A stretch of DNA of 57,127 nt from Halocafeteria seosinensis (Eukaryota). The notes beneath the pieces are model-generated. The model made no database searches and had not been told where the DNA came from. It worked only from the letters and a program-made list of their open reading frames with translations. Positions 1 through 11,286 of this stretch are shown one piece after another (the stretch's first letter is position 1; each line of letters opens with the position of its first letter). Where the stretch lies: assembly GCA_001687465.1 (NCBI GenBank), contig LVLI01000563.1, positions 1-57,127 of the forward strand, written 5' to 3'. Made by a program: the position numbers and the translations under genes.

Positions 1-1265
1 ATTCTGTGTATCACCATCGTACAACCAGATATCCTTCGGCCACTGAGGATATACTACTGGTCCATTCTGGGTCAAACTCCGAATGTCATCAGAGTTTCCA
101 ACTTTGCTAACAACACTGCCTCCACTCTCGTCTATGCCAATGATGCTATCGCTTCCGCTACCGTTATATACGCAATGGTCAATTTCAATGTTCTGAGCAC
201 TGGGATCAATGTGCCCAATGATACCTCCACTATCTTGTCCTTGTATTATACCGCTTGCGTAACAGTTCCTGACGATTACGCTCCCCCCACCGTGATCACC
301 TTTGGCCTGACCGCCCGTATTCCGGCCGCATATCCCGCCACTTTCGCGACCGACTAGATTTCCCCGAGAATAGCAGCTTTCGATAACAACGTAGCCTTCC
401 TCCATCGCCGACGAAATTCCGGCAACCATACCACCGCTACCCACACCAACCATATTTCCCAAGGAGTAGCTCTCAAAAATGAACAACTGCCCCTGTGTAG
501 CGGCTTCATAACCACCTGTAAACCCTCCAGCTCCCACACCTGAAATAGTTCCTGATGAATGACACTGCGAGATGTAAACAGTTCCACGAGTTTGACCGAC
601 TCTGTGTCCACATAACCCACCAGAAAATTCACTGGCGATTTCTCCATGGGAGGAGCACCTGGTTATGTTCACAGTGCCACCATGGCGTCCACACTCACGA
701 CCAAGAATACCATTAGACGTGCGGCCTATCATATCACCAGTAGAATAACAATCTGACACTCGAATTTGCCCATCTTGACCGCCATGCTCCCCAGCAATGC
801 CACCTCCTCCATGATAGCCTCCAGATGATCCTACCCCTCCGATATTTCCCGTGGAGCTACAAAAGTCGACGTCAAAAAAACGTTGGTGGCTACGTACAAT
901 AAACCCCCCTCCTACACTTGTTTGCCCCCCGCGAGCGTGTACCCGGGTGCTGCTTCGAACGAAGAGACGTCATTATCAATACAAAACAGGCCCTCAACGG
1001 CATTTAAGTCAGTCATATCCACCGTAAAATCATTGCCATCGAACTTCTCATGCGCCTTCAAAGTGAGGAAATCGTCATTCCCTGTCCAAGTGACGCTGCA
1101 AGTTTGCGAGAACAGTAGTGCGTTGTCGTTATACGTAAAGCAATCTAAGTTCCCTTTGACGATATCTTCTCTGAAATCAGTTCCACTACATGAATCACAC
1201 CCAGCAATTAAGATTACTGAGGCCTGCACGAGGATAAACCACCATCTAGAACATCTGAGCTCCAT
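1..1265 (-). pseudogene. Secreted GLUG-like Gly-rich repeat protein with one frameshift at ~945; 3' end runs off the window
   Basis: ATG at 1265 begins a signal-peptide-like MELRCSRWWFILVQASVILIAGC. The frame changes after SSFEAAP. The second frame (VHARGGQTSVGGGFIVRSHQRFFDVDFCSSTGNIGG...) stays open to base 1 and carries repeated [CS]YSxGxx..GGxxG units. It is homologous to 41307-42899. Confidence 0.7.
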
Positions 1266-1718
1266 TCCAGCTCGATTCCAGAGGTGGCCATCCTTTCTCC
1301 AGTCTCTCATCGAAGGTTGTACAGTCGGTTTGTGGCACTCCATTCCAAGGAGAATCACCTCTCGGTATATACTAACTTTTAAAGTGAGTCCGCCGTGCTC
1401 AGCTGCCTTATGTTGTAGAGTCCAAGAATTCGTAGAGCTCCTAGTCGGGAAGTTCAGCTGCCCGTGAGCTCCGTGTTGAACGCCGATGCAAGAGTAATAG
1501 ATGATCGTGATGGAGAGCAAGAATGTATCTTTGGTTTTACGTTGAGTATACAAGCCAAGTAAAATAACACTTTGGGAATTCGCAAGTTTCCGTGCAGAAC
1601 CATAGTGACGATGTAGTACAGGCAGGTCGCACCCGAGCGGTGGGCTTTGAACGCATGCATGGAATTCTGAGCAGAAACATGTGCGAGCATGGGAGAATTT
1701 TAGCACTGATCAAGGAAT

Positions 1719-2735
1719 ATGATTGCGGAATGGAGCAACAACGATTGCATGAAAAATGACAAGGGTTTAGAGGATTCAAGGTTACAGCCTTCCCGGCCAT
1801 GCCCCTTGTGGACAGAGCCATCTGTTAAAACTGGAACTATAAATGTTCCTCACTACGTATTTTACCAAATAGCACAAACTCCTTGTGATGAGATATACAT
1901 TTTCGATGGCGCTTCCGTGGGCACCCCAGGGCACGCAGGAGCTGGAGCTGTATGCTACAGGGTTGGGCCAGTTGATACTAAACTCCAGTTAGGCCTCTCA
2001 GTTAGGCCAGTACGTAGGGCCACACAAGACTAACAACGAAGCCGAATACGAAGGCCTGCTGCTGGGATTGAAACTGGTCTTTGATGAGCTTGACGCATCC
2101 CCAAGTGAGCTACCAGCCCCGGTGGACGTCCGCTTGGAATGCGACTCACAAACGATGGTGGATCACATGAATGGCGAAGCCAAGTGCCGCAAGGACAAGC
2201 TCATCCCGCTCTTTGAGAGGGCACGGACTGAATGGTTCCACCTTAAGAACCTCCTAATGGTGAGGAGCGCAGAGATTAGGTTCATACGCGGGGCTTCAAA
2301 CTCGACTGCCGACCGCTTGGCTATGACCGCGTCAAACAACCCAATGGGCAATGGCTCCTCTTGCTTAGACTGGCTACGCATACGGTAGATGATGTCGAGA
2401 GGTTTATCGACTCCCGGCTCCACGACAAGCGGATTCTCGTCCACTGGAAGAGCTCCCCAGAGGCAGCACGGACGTGGGAACCGGTTTCGTGGCTTCAGAA
2501 AAACCTGGGCAGCCGCACCTTCTTCGACCTCGAGCAGGAGATGTACTTTAATCTGGGCTATGATGACGAAAATGAGGTGGCGGAACTCCTGGGGAGCCAC
2601 CTCCCGCGTCAGGTGGTGGCTTGTCATTGGTCACAACTGTTGCGTCTGGACCAACACTTAATCCTGCCTGCGCTGCTGCAACCGGTCCTGGCGTCGGCGA
2701 GGCTCACGGTCTTCACCTGCCAGACTGAGCCTTGA
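1719..2735 (+). mobile_element. Decayed retroelement fragment: type-1 (archaeal-like) RNase H followed by a chromodomain, two frameshifts
   Basis: RNase HI motifs IFDGASVGTPGHAGAGAV, KTNNEAEYEGLLLGLK, LECDSQTMVDHMNG and IRGASNSTADRLA. A chromodomain-like VERFIDSRLHDKRILVHWKSSPEAARTWEP follows in another frame. No RT or integrase is recognisable nearby. Confidence 0.65.
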
Positions 2736-3315
2736 CGTACCCCTGACATCGTGGGCGCAGGCATGGCTCCTCTTCCGATGCCTCCTGAGCAAATCCAGTG
2801 TTGTGTTCCCTCACGGCGCATGTCAGCAAGGCTGCAGGAACAGCGGGCCCGTCGCTGCTTAACACGGGCGCATACCGCTCCTCGTTAAGAGGATGCCGCA
2901 TGCGGTCAATTCCCGGGCCGGTGGGCTATCTGTCACATTTGTGTGAGTGCACAAAGCCCAGGACTTAAGCCATATTACAGGAAACGCACACTATACAACC
3001 AGAGGTACCACACAACATAACTACCCGGGTTGTGGGTGCCCGTATTTTCCTGCCCCAGAGTTGTTGATCTCGTGTCAATTGCTTGGCAAAGCGCGTGTAA
3101 CTATAATGCATGTAACACCACGCTTTGCTCATTTTGCAACACCGCCGTCAGGACTAACCCTGGTACATATGTGTTGCCCTGGGTAACTTACCCACAGAAG
3201 CATCGCCAGAGCAATGACGTTTCTACTTCTGCTGCGATTGAAGCTTTCTCTGTAGTCCCCCGTCGACGGTCCACATACGCAACTACAGATGACGCATCCG
3301 AGCACAAGTGTTGCA

Positions 3316-6315
3316 CTAGTGCACTGGACGAGACTTCCGCTCCTCAACCGATGCTTCGGCATTGCTTGGGACACTCATGTCAAACAAAGTTTCGTACTGA
3401 CGGAAAAAGTATTGATATAAATTGAATTGCCTGGTTTCCACCAAATGTTTCAGAACAGTTTTCTTCTCTCTGTCCACGATATTCGGATCAGCGCCAATTG
3501 CAAACAACGTATCAGCAATTGGTATGCTTCCATTCTCAACTGACAAGTGCAGTAACGTTTTGCCGTTACCATCCTGAATATTGGGATCGATGCTGATATC
3601 TTCATCTTCCAAAATTGCTTTAGCAACAGAGTGTTCGTCCAAGCTATCTCCTTTCAGAAGTTTATGAAGGAGAGTGTTTCCCGCCGCATCAGTCGTCCGA
3701 AGACAGTCAGAAGAACTGGCCATCGACCTGATTGTATCAAAGCTACGACTCTTCGCGGCATTGAAGAGCTTCATCACCGTCTTCGGGGCACAGCGAGACT
3801 TAGCCGGTGTTCTTTCTTCGGTCGACGGGGTGTGTTGAACAGGGGTGCCTGGTAGGTACTCCGTCGTAGCATCGTATGCTGGCGGAGTAATTGTCCCGGG
3901 GGAGGCAGCTGCTGATAGTACAGGAGTTCTCTCCACCACAGTTGATGGTATCGTCTCCTCATTAGAGTAGGATCCCGTTGCCCTTGTGCTGTTTCCCAGA
4001 CTCACGTCCCGCAATGAAGAGACAGACTTTTGTGGCGTCATTGAGTGATCATCTGCAACATCAAAAAGATACATTTGAACAAGGTAGTATACGATTCCGT
4101 ATGTGCATGGTGTATCTGTACCTGCATTCGAACCGCTCGACGGAAACTCCCTGTGGCCAGTCGCCTCGCTAACTGGCTCAAACGCTGTAGCTTAACGAAT
4201 TAATGTGATCACCAATCAAGAGCAAAAGGCAGAAAGAGCATCATAAGTTTTCATGACTTACACTCTAACTCATCAAACTCTGTTGCCTCATTTTGCTCTC
4301 TCTTACTCTTCCCAGCTGCAAACAGGGACAGTCAATTCTAGAAATAAGGAGCACTGTCTGTCTCTGAAACATACATGTTCCCTCTGTCGGTCCTTCCTCC
4401 GAAGATTTATCATCCCTACTCGGGCGATTCCTTTCCCGCGCCGATGGGAAATTATCTGAGCCGTTTTGCTGACCATTGTCCCTTCCTTCTGTGGAAATCA
4501 ATCAAGGGCATTCGAGTAAGGAGTTACGTACGATAGTCCCCATAGGCCGCCACCCACCTGAAGTGGTACCCTTAGAATTGGAACCCCTAGCATCTTTGGA
4601 GCGGCCCAGATTGCGTTTCTGTCGCGCATCCTCCCTAACTGCATGATTCATGTATTGCCGTTAAATCGAATAGCAAGGTACCTGACTGGTAGTGCAGGTC
4701 CACATACCATTTGCTGGAGTAGCGCGTGTTGCATCGTACTTCGATCCTCGGAGCGAATGCTTTCTGTCTGTTTCAGAGCGAGCCTCATTGGTTCTATGTC
4801 GTCCTGCTACCAGCCTTAACGAGCGGTTCGGGCTACCATTTAAATTTTGCGGCTCTTCAAGTGCATCCTGAGAATCAACATCATTCCCTTCTTCAAAGCC
4901 ATAAAGAGTGCTTGCAATTGTCGAGTCTTGGCCGGATTGCATCGACACATTTTCGTCCACTTCGTCGAGCGTGTAAAACGGTTGGCTAGATTCCACCACT
5001 TGCCGCGAGGATCGGGCTGCGCTCTGTTTGTTACCCGCGCGTTTGGAACCCCCATGCTCTGATTCAACGAGATTATCAGTCGATCGTGCACCCAGTTGTT
5101 TTCCACGTCGAGAGTATTCTCTCCCCGTATTTTTTCGATGTCCTTGTTTTGTACTTCTCCCAGCCGATACATTATCTGCAACTACAAATGTTAACCATTT
5201 GCCATTGGGGCACGTGTCTAACACCACATCTACTCACCATATCTGCGCGACATACTACTCAATGATCTAGTTTTCATTGACTCCGGGCCTCGCGATCCCT
5301 GCCTGTTGGACGTAATTCTTTGAGATCCTGCTAGCAAATGTAATTAACATTCTTATATGTCCAAAGCATATAGACATAAGCGGCTGTAAAGCAGCACCCA
5401 CCGTTTCTTTTACTCATTCCCTCTCTCTTGTCTGCAACTAGCCGATTGAGGATGGGGCATGCGTGACTGCTGATACAGTGAAGTAACAGTGTATCATGAA
5501 AACGTACTTCCATGATATTTCCTCCATCTTTCCGTTGCGCTCGATGCGTGAGAACGGGTCGCTGCACTCGATTGAGGATTAGAGCAATAAAAAAAATACG
5601 AACAGTTCGATTAAACGCAACGTACAATATCGTCCTTTATTAGGATGTTCAGACTTCCCGTTCCGAGAGTTTGCTCCGGGAAACACGACGAAAGACGAGT
5701 AAACGTTAGACCGAGCTTCATCCAACGATGTCCCTGCGACGATAACGTTGAACGGGATAACCCAGCGAAGCACGTGAATCAATTGTCGAGAGCTTGCTCC
5801 TTACTTTCCGAAGTCTCTCCCTCCCAAAGAGCAGTTTCCGATGCCTCCTTGTTTTTCTTCGCCGTTTCATATTCTGGGTCAATCGTGAGGGCTTCTTCGT
5901 AGCATTCAATTGCTTTGGAATACTCCTGCCGCTCATGGTGAGTAGCTCCTTTCAGATTATACGCATTCTTGTACTCCGGATCCAGTTCGATAGCGTGAGA
6001 ACAGCAACTAAGAGCTCGTCTGAACTCCTGTTGGGCATGGAGTGCCACTCCTTTGTTCAGATAGGTCTGTTTGAGATTTTTGTCACAGTTGAGGGCTTTG
6101 TCGAAGTGTTTTACTGCGGTATCGTATTTCTGCATGGCACTGTATGCCATGCCCTTGATGTGGTAAGCATATGCATTCTCCTCATCGTACTCCAGAGCCG
6201 TGATACAAAGTTCCACCGCAGTTCGGTTGTCCCCTTGGTTGAACGCCTGGACAGCTTTGTGCAACGTTTCATTCGCCTTCCTCTGCTTCTTCCCTTTCGA
6301 AGCACTCGTTCCCAT
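3316..6315 (-). CDS. TPR + low-complexity linker + ankyrin-repeat protein (~769 aa, 11 exons), possible N-myristoylation
   Basis: TPR exon (MGTSASKGKK...AYAYHIKGMAY..., YKNAYNLKGA) joins the ankyrin exon (GNTLLHKLL, DGNGKTLLHLSV) through GT-AG introns at 5734-5804, 5562-5625, 5432-5507, 5328-5401, 5176-5237, 4639-4707, 4489-4557, 4316-4374, 4185-4261 and 4053-4121. The spliced CDS is 2310 nt and open. Confidence 0.75.
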
Positions 6316-7777
6316 TGTGGCGCACTGCCGTCTAGCCCGTTGGTCGTTGAGCTCCCACTATGCTCCAAGCAGCCAACGACGACACTTATCTATGCCACTG
6401 GGTATCCCTCCTGCTTATATCACGTGCGTCATGTTCACGATCTGTCGCCTACAAGAGTCATGAACAATGGTAAAAGGGAAACCAGCCATCAACAGAAGTG
6501 GTTTCGACGCCTTCCGCTCGGCCTCGCATACACACTGTCTGTGTCGCTGTCCGCAAATTTCGGGTCAATACACTGTTGTGCGTCACTTGTTGAGGCGGTC
6601 AGAACTGTCCCCAACAACTAACCCGTGCTTACTATGTCTAACCTGGTGAAATGACAACGGGATAGCATAACATTCTCACCAAGGTCGCATACATGTAGTC
6701 GCACTACCGGTCCGAGAGTCTCTGACCGAGAGTCCGAGTAGCACGACATTGTGACTCTGACTATGGCCATTGGCCGGGTGCTGCATGCTGAATGTTGAAT
6801 GTCGAAATGGGTACAGTAGACGGAGACTTCCCCCAACAGCAGGTCGGTACGTATCGTTGTCAAGAGCATCGGTCCAGATGTCGAGGTCCAATTCTTGAAG
6901 CATGAACCATGGTAATTATCGGCCAGGAACGTGAATGATTGGCTTACTGTACACTCGTACTGTACCTACGTGTGTGGTGTTCCAAGAAGCAACGGGCTCT
7001 AAGAACCAACCAACGGGGTAAGCCAAGTTTATGAACAACACTTAAACCCATCTGCTTCTTCTGCAATCAGGCTGCAAAGACAGGTAAACACACGTTGCCT
7101 TGCAACTTGCCAGCAACGCTACCTCTACGACGTCTACGTCCAAGCTGATAACTTCAAGTACTACCACTTGGTTGCAAGTTGAACTTCAACGCCCTCGGAG
7201 GCTCGGCCCATCCCGACGCCCGAGCGTACACGTCATAAAGCAGTCAGCAGAGGAGATTGCCGAGGTTGACCCAGTCGATCCGTGTATCTGTCAACCTGTG
7301 GTTTGGTTTATTTTTCAGACAGCACTACCTTCTTGGTGCGCTTATTTCTGGGGGGGAAGACGGCGTAGTATTCTCCCCTTGCTTGAAGGTATTCAATTAA
7401 TTACCTTGTGTTATACAGCGCATTGGTGGATAAGGCACCATCACTAGGCTACATAGTAAATAATTTCAACGCTGCTGCATCTCTAGCAGGGTGCAACAGA
7501 AACAGGACTGCACTGGAGGAGGAGGACCGTAGTGGAGTGCAGAAGACGGAAGGAACCCTGGGGTCTGGCTGGCTCGTTCCCGTGGAAGGATCCCTTAGGA
7601 CGACTTTTTTTATAAAAAGCAACACACGAAACACATCGTACCTATCTTGTGCGTGGTAAAGGTGAGGTGAGTACGCTTCTACCTCTCTGGAATGACTCCT
7701 GGTACTGGAGTAAAGAAACATTTTCACGTGCTATTTGATTTTGCCTGCAGCAGTTCTGAACGCCTAACCGCAGTGCA

Positions 7778-9299
7778 ATGGGGAATCGTCTGTTCCGTCC
7801 CAATCATCGGTGCGATGACGGAGGATCATCAGGCAGAACCCGCACCGCATCTGGGCACGCCACTTCATCTCGCCGACGGGGCCCATCCCGTTCACTGCGA
7901 CATAGTCAGGAAGTGCAAGAGGGACCCCGACGAGACTTGGAGTACTACGTACAGCGATTCGAGGGTAAAAGCTCGGATGAAATACGCGACGAGCAACGCC
8001 GACAAAGTGGCAAGAATGATCAGAACAGCAGCCGCTCACGAGCAAATACGGCGCCGGCTGTTCCTTCCGTTGAACATTTCTCCTCTCCTACAGGGGTGCA
8101 TAATCACTACAAGTGGTCCAGCACAGTCATGCGTACCTTAGTCGCAAGATTAAAGGTATGCCCAATGTTCCCGGCTTCGGATGAAATCGAGATTGATACT
8201 GAGAGGAACACTAAGGGCTCCCTTGAATCAGATTACGATTTTTGTTCGGAGTTTTCTTCTGCTAAAGAAACACCGTCATCAGACTGTAAAGGAGTAGCTT
8301 GTTCTCCTGATAAAGAAGGAGCAGAAGGTAATAATATCTCTATCTCTGAGGCGTCAGCCGCCCAAACGTCATCCTCCGATATTTCTGTCACTCAAAGTGT
8401 GAGTACGGCTTCTGTCTCTGCTATGACGCCTGAACAGAAGAAAAGCTCATTCGGGGAAAGCTTAAGCGAGCAAAAGGCAAAAGGGCCTAGAGGGGGCCTT
8501 TCGAAAATACAGGAGATAGAATGCCCGGTGTGCTTCAACGATTATCCGTGTGAACTGAATGTTACGTCGTGCTGCAATCAAGAAATTTGCACAGAGTGCT
8601 TTTTCAGTCTCCAAAATATGGAATTTAATTCCAGGTAAGTCCATAGGCAATAGATTACCGCCTGCCAATATTTTCTCCCCGACTGACTAATTTGGTATCC
8701 AGTTGCCCGTTCTGTTCCACTGAGCATTTTCGCACATGCTTCAAGGCACACTCCAGTGCAAAAGAGACAGCAAAGTTTCTGAGCAAAAACATGAAGAATG
8801 TGAAGAGGAACGAATTCACAACTCCCGATTTGAGCTCTTTGACACGGTCTGTTTCTGAACGCCAGGCATTGGCACATCAAATATCGGAACAGAACGAGTC
8901 GCAGTTATGGAGAAGTACATTCAATTTGCCTCCTGCTGCTTCGTCGACACCAATGCCAGACGAAGGAAGGCCGAATCGCACGGCAACAACGCCGGCTCAT
9001 TTGCAGGCCTTAAGAGCGTTGTACGGCTCAGGGTCATCCTCCTCGATGCGGGCAATACAAGAGCGAGAACTGGCTGTTATGGAGGAGTTAATGGTACGTG
9101 ATAGTTGCACTAAGTAAACAAGTATGGCGTCGCGGTGTATTATGTTTAAGCACCTATGCAGCTTTATGAAGCCATGAGAAGATCGTTGGATGAGGGTGGC
9201 AACGAAGAAAATGACGGCTCCGGTGGCTCGGAAGTCTCGACTACACAAGCGACAACGGCGACCTCTACCTCACAATCGTCAGCAACGTCCCATTCATGA
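7778..9299 (+). CDS. DA2/GW2/Sip5-type RING E3 ubiquitin ligase, 3 exons
   Basis: MGN start; PTGVHNHYKWSSTVMRTLVARLKVCPMFP; RING CPVCF..LNVTSCCNQEICTECF..SCPFC across intron 8635-8702; UIM-like EELMLYEAMRRSL across intron ~9094-9161. Confidence 0.75.
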
Positions 9300-9530
9300 A
9301 AAACTGTGCTCTATTTCGTTGCAACTGACAATTCGTTCGAAGGATAGGATACTATATCATTACAATACATCAGAACCAAAAAAGGAACAAAAAGCATGTA
9401 TATGTGTTTGCGTAGAACTCTTCCTAGTGTCACCGTTGGTAAAACGAGGCTATCCAACACGCATCCACGTGAAAGTCACAACCCAAACCTTTGGGTCCTG
9501 TAGATCTAAAACACCAGCGGAACCCATATT

Positions 9531-9904
9531 TCACTTTTTGCTGACGGCGGAAGATGATGCCGACGCACTTGCACCCGAGGAGGCTGAAGCCCCTGCCCCC
9601 GCTTCTGCGGCTCTCTTGCGTTCGATTTTCTCCTGCGCGTTTCAGACGGAGACGTGCCGTCTACCATCCGCCAACCGAGTAGTGTTAAGTGCTACTTACT
9701 TGAAGAGCCTTGGCGTCCCTTTCCTTCTTAGCTGTGGGGTCTCCTTTGGAAGCGGATTCCTTGCCTTTGTGTTTGGCGGCTCGATTGGCAGCCCGTTGAC
9801 GATCCACGTCTCCTGTACAACCCGCACATCCAGACAGTCATTCAACCCGGTCACTTCTAGTAATGCAAAGCACATCAACACCTACTCCGATTTCCCCGGC
9901 TCAT
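9531..9904 (-). CDS. SERF: Small EDRK-rich factor (4F5/SERF family), 3 exons; not in the ORF track
   Basis: Spliced product MSRGNRRDVDRQRAANRAAKHKGKESASKGDPTAKKERDAKALQEKIERKRAAEAGAG...SKK* matches the MxRGNQR / ERDAxxxQEK signature, with two GT-AG introns. Confidence 0.8.
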
Positions 9905-10375
9905 TGTTTGTTTGTTTGTTTAGCCCAATATACTGTTGTACCAGTGACGCACTCGCTTCAACCAGACCAATCGACGAATTGACACAGCATCAAAATTCAA
10001 TGGACGAATCAATGAATGAAGAACACTGGTTATAAAAATAAAAAAAATAAAAAATCGGCTTTGATGCCAGATACCTATATCGGAATGAACAAACCCGTGA
10101 TAGACATGATCGACCGTATTGGCCACCGCCAANCCGCCCTCCCGACTCGAGTCGGGGATCCGCTACGTGCACGGTTAAGGTGATGGTGATGGTTAGAGTC
10201 CTATAGTATGGTATCTATGTATCGTGACGATAACTTATCGGGTTGTTGTTGGCCAGGCTGCTGGGAGCGAAGACGAGTACTAAGTCCAGCAGTTCCATCC
10301 ACCCACCCACGCACGCATTGGTTATAATTGATTAATTATACAACATTGGTGTATGGGGTGAATTCCACCAGGAGG

Positions 10376-11235
10376 ATGAATCGAATTGGGAAGCTCGATG
10401 CTCGGTCATCGGCGCTCTTTGTATGCGATATCCAGACTCGTTTTCAGCCTCTCATTTACCAAATGCCGTCTGTCATTCACTGCGCGCATACCATGATTCA
10501 CGTCGCCAACATGCTGGAGCTCCCCATGGTGGCCACCGAGCAATACAGCAAGGCCTTTGGGGCGCTGGTGCCCCATTTCAATGCCTTTCTGGACAAGACC
10601 CATGCTGATATAGACTACGCCACGCCGACGGAGGAAGACACTGAACTCATCCAGAAACTTGCCACGCCGAAACAGAAAGCAGAGGATATTCCTCGGATGC
10701 CCGTGTTTCCTAAAACTCAGTTCAGCATGCTCACCCAGGATGTGCAGGAATCCATTCAAGCGCAACAAAGTAAGCGCACCGACGTCCAAGGCCCCGTCAA
10801 GTCAGTCATTCTACTCGGTATCGAGGTGAGTTATCCTTCCATTCCCCTCCGTTGGGTTGGACTGACTGATAGAATTATTGTGTGTGCGTGTGTTCAGGCC
10901 CACGTATGCGTGCAGCAAACAGCACTGGATCTGCTGGAGAATGGCTACGAAGTACACATTGTGGCGGATGCTACGTCCAGCCAACGACCTAAAGATAGGA
11001 CATATGGATTGAAGGTACGGTACAAGGAGCGCTATTTCGCATACTGTGACGTTTTTTTATGTGGCTATAATCTTTTGAGGCCTGGCACGAACAGAGAGCG
11101 GCGGCGTCAGGAGCTTTTCTTACCACAAGCGAGAGTATTATGTTCAGCTTGGCACGCGATGCTTTGCATCCGAAATTCAAAGACATTTCAGGCCTTCTCA
11201 AAGAACACAACAAATTCCCAAACGAGCTGCACTAA
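10376..11235 (+). CDS. Isochorismatase-domain protein (ISOC1/2, YcaC-like cysteine hydrolase), 3 exons
   Basis: Motifs ALFVCDIQTRF, ATEQYSKAFG, PKTQFSM, GIE|AHVCVQQTALDLLENGYEVHIVADATSS and TTSESIMF; introns ~10826-10897 and ~11015-11094. Confidence 0.88.
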
Positions 11236-11286
11236 ACAAAACAAAAAACCAGCGGGAAAGGAGGAAGACGTGTCCAAGCAAGCTTT

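Noticed and set aside
5794..6621. 275-aa plus-strand ORF
   Set aside because: Antisense shadow of the TPR exon with no recognisable motifs.
6400..7700. Several short ORFs on both strands
   Set aside because: No motif or consistent splice model found; left unannotated.
9190..10035. 281-aa plus-strand ORF
   Set aside because: Out-of-frame overlap with the end of the RING gene and antisense to the SERF gene.
10173..10197. GGTTAA-GGTGAT-GGTGAT-GGTTAG telomere-like hexamers
   Set aside because: Only four degenerate units, too weak to call an interstitial telomeric repeat.
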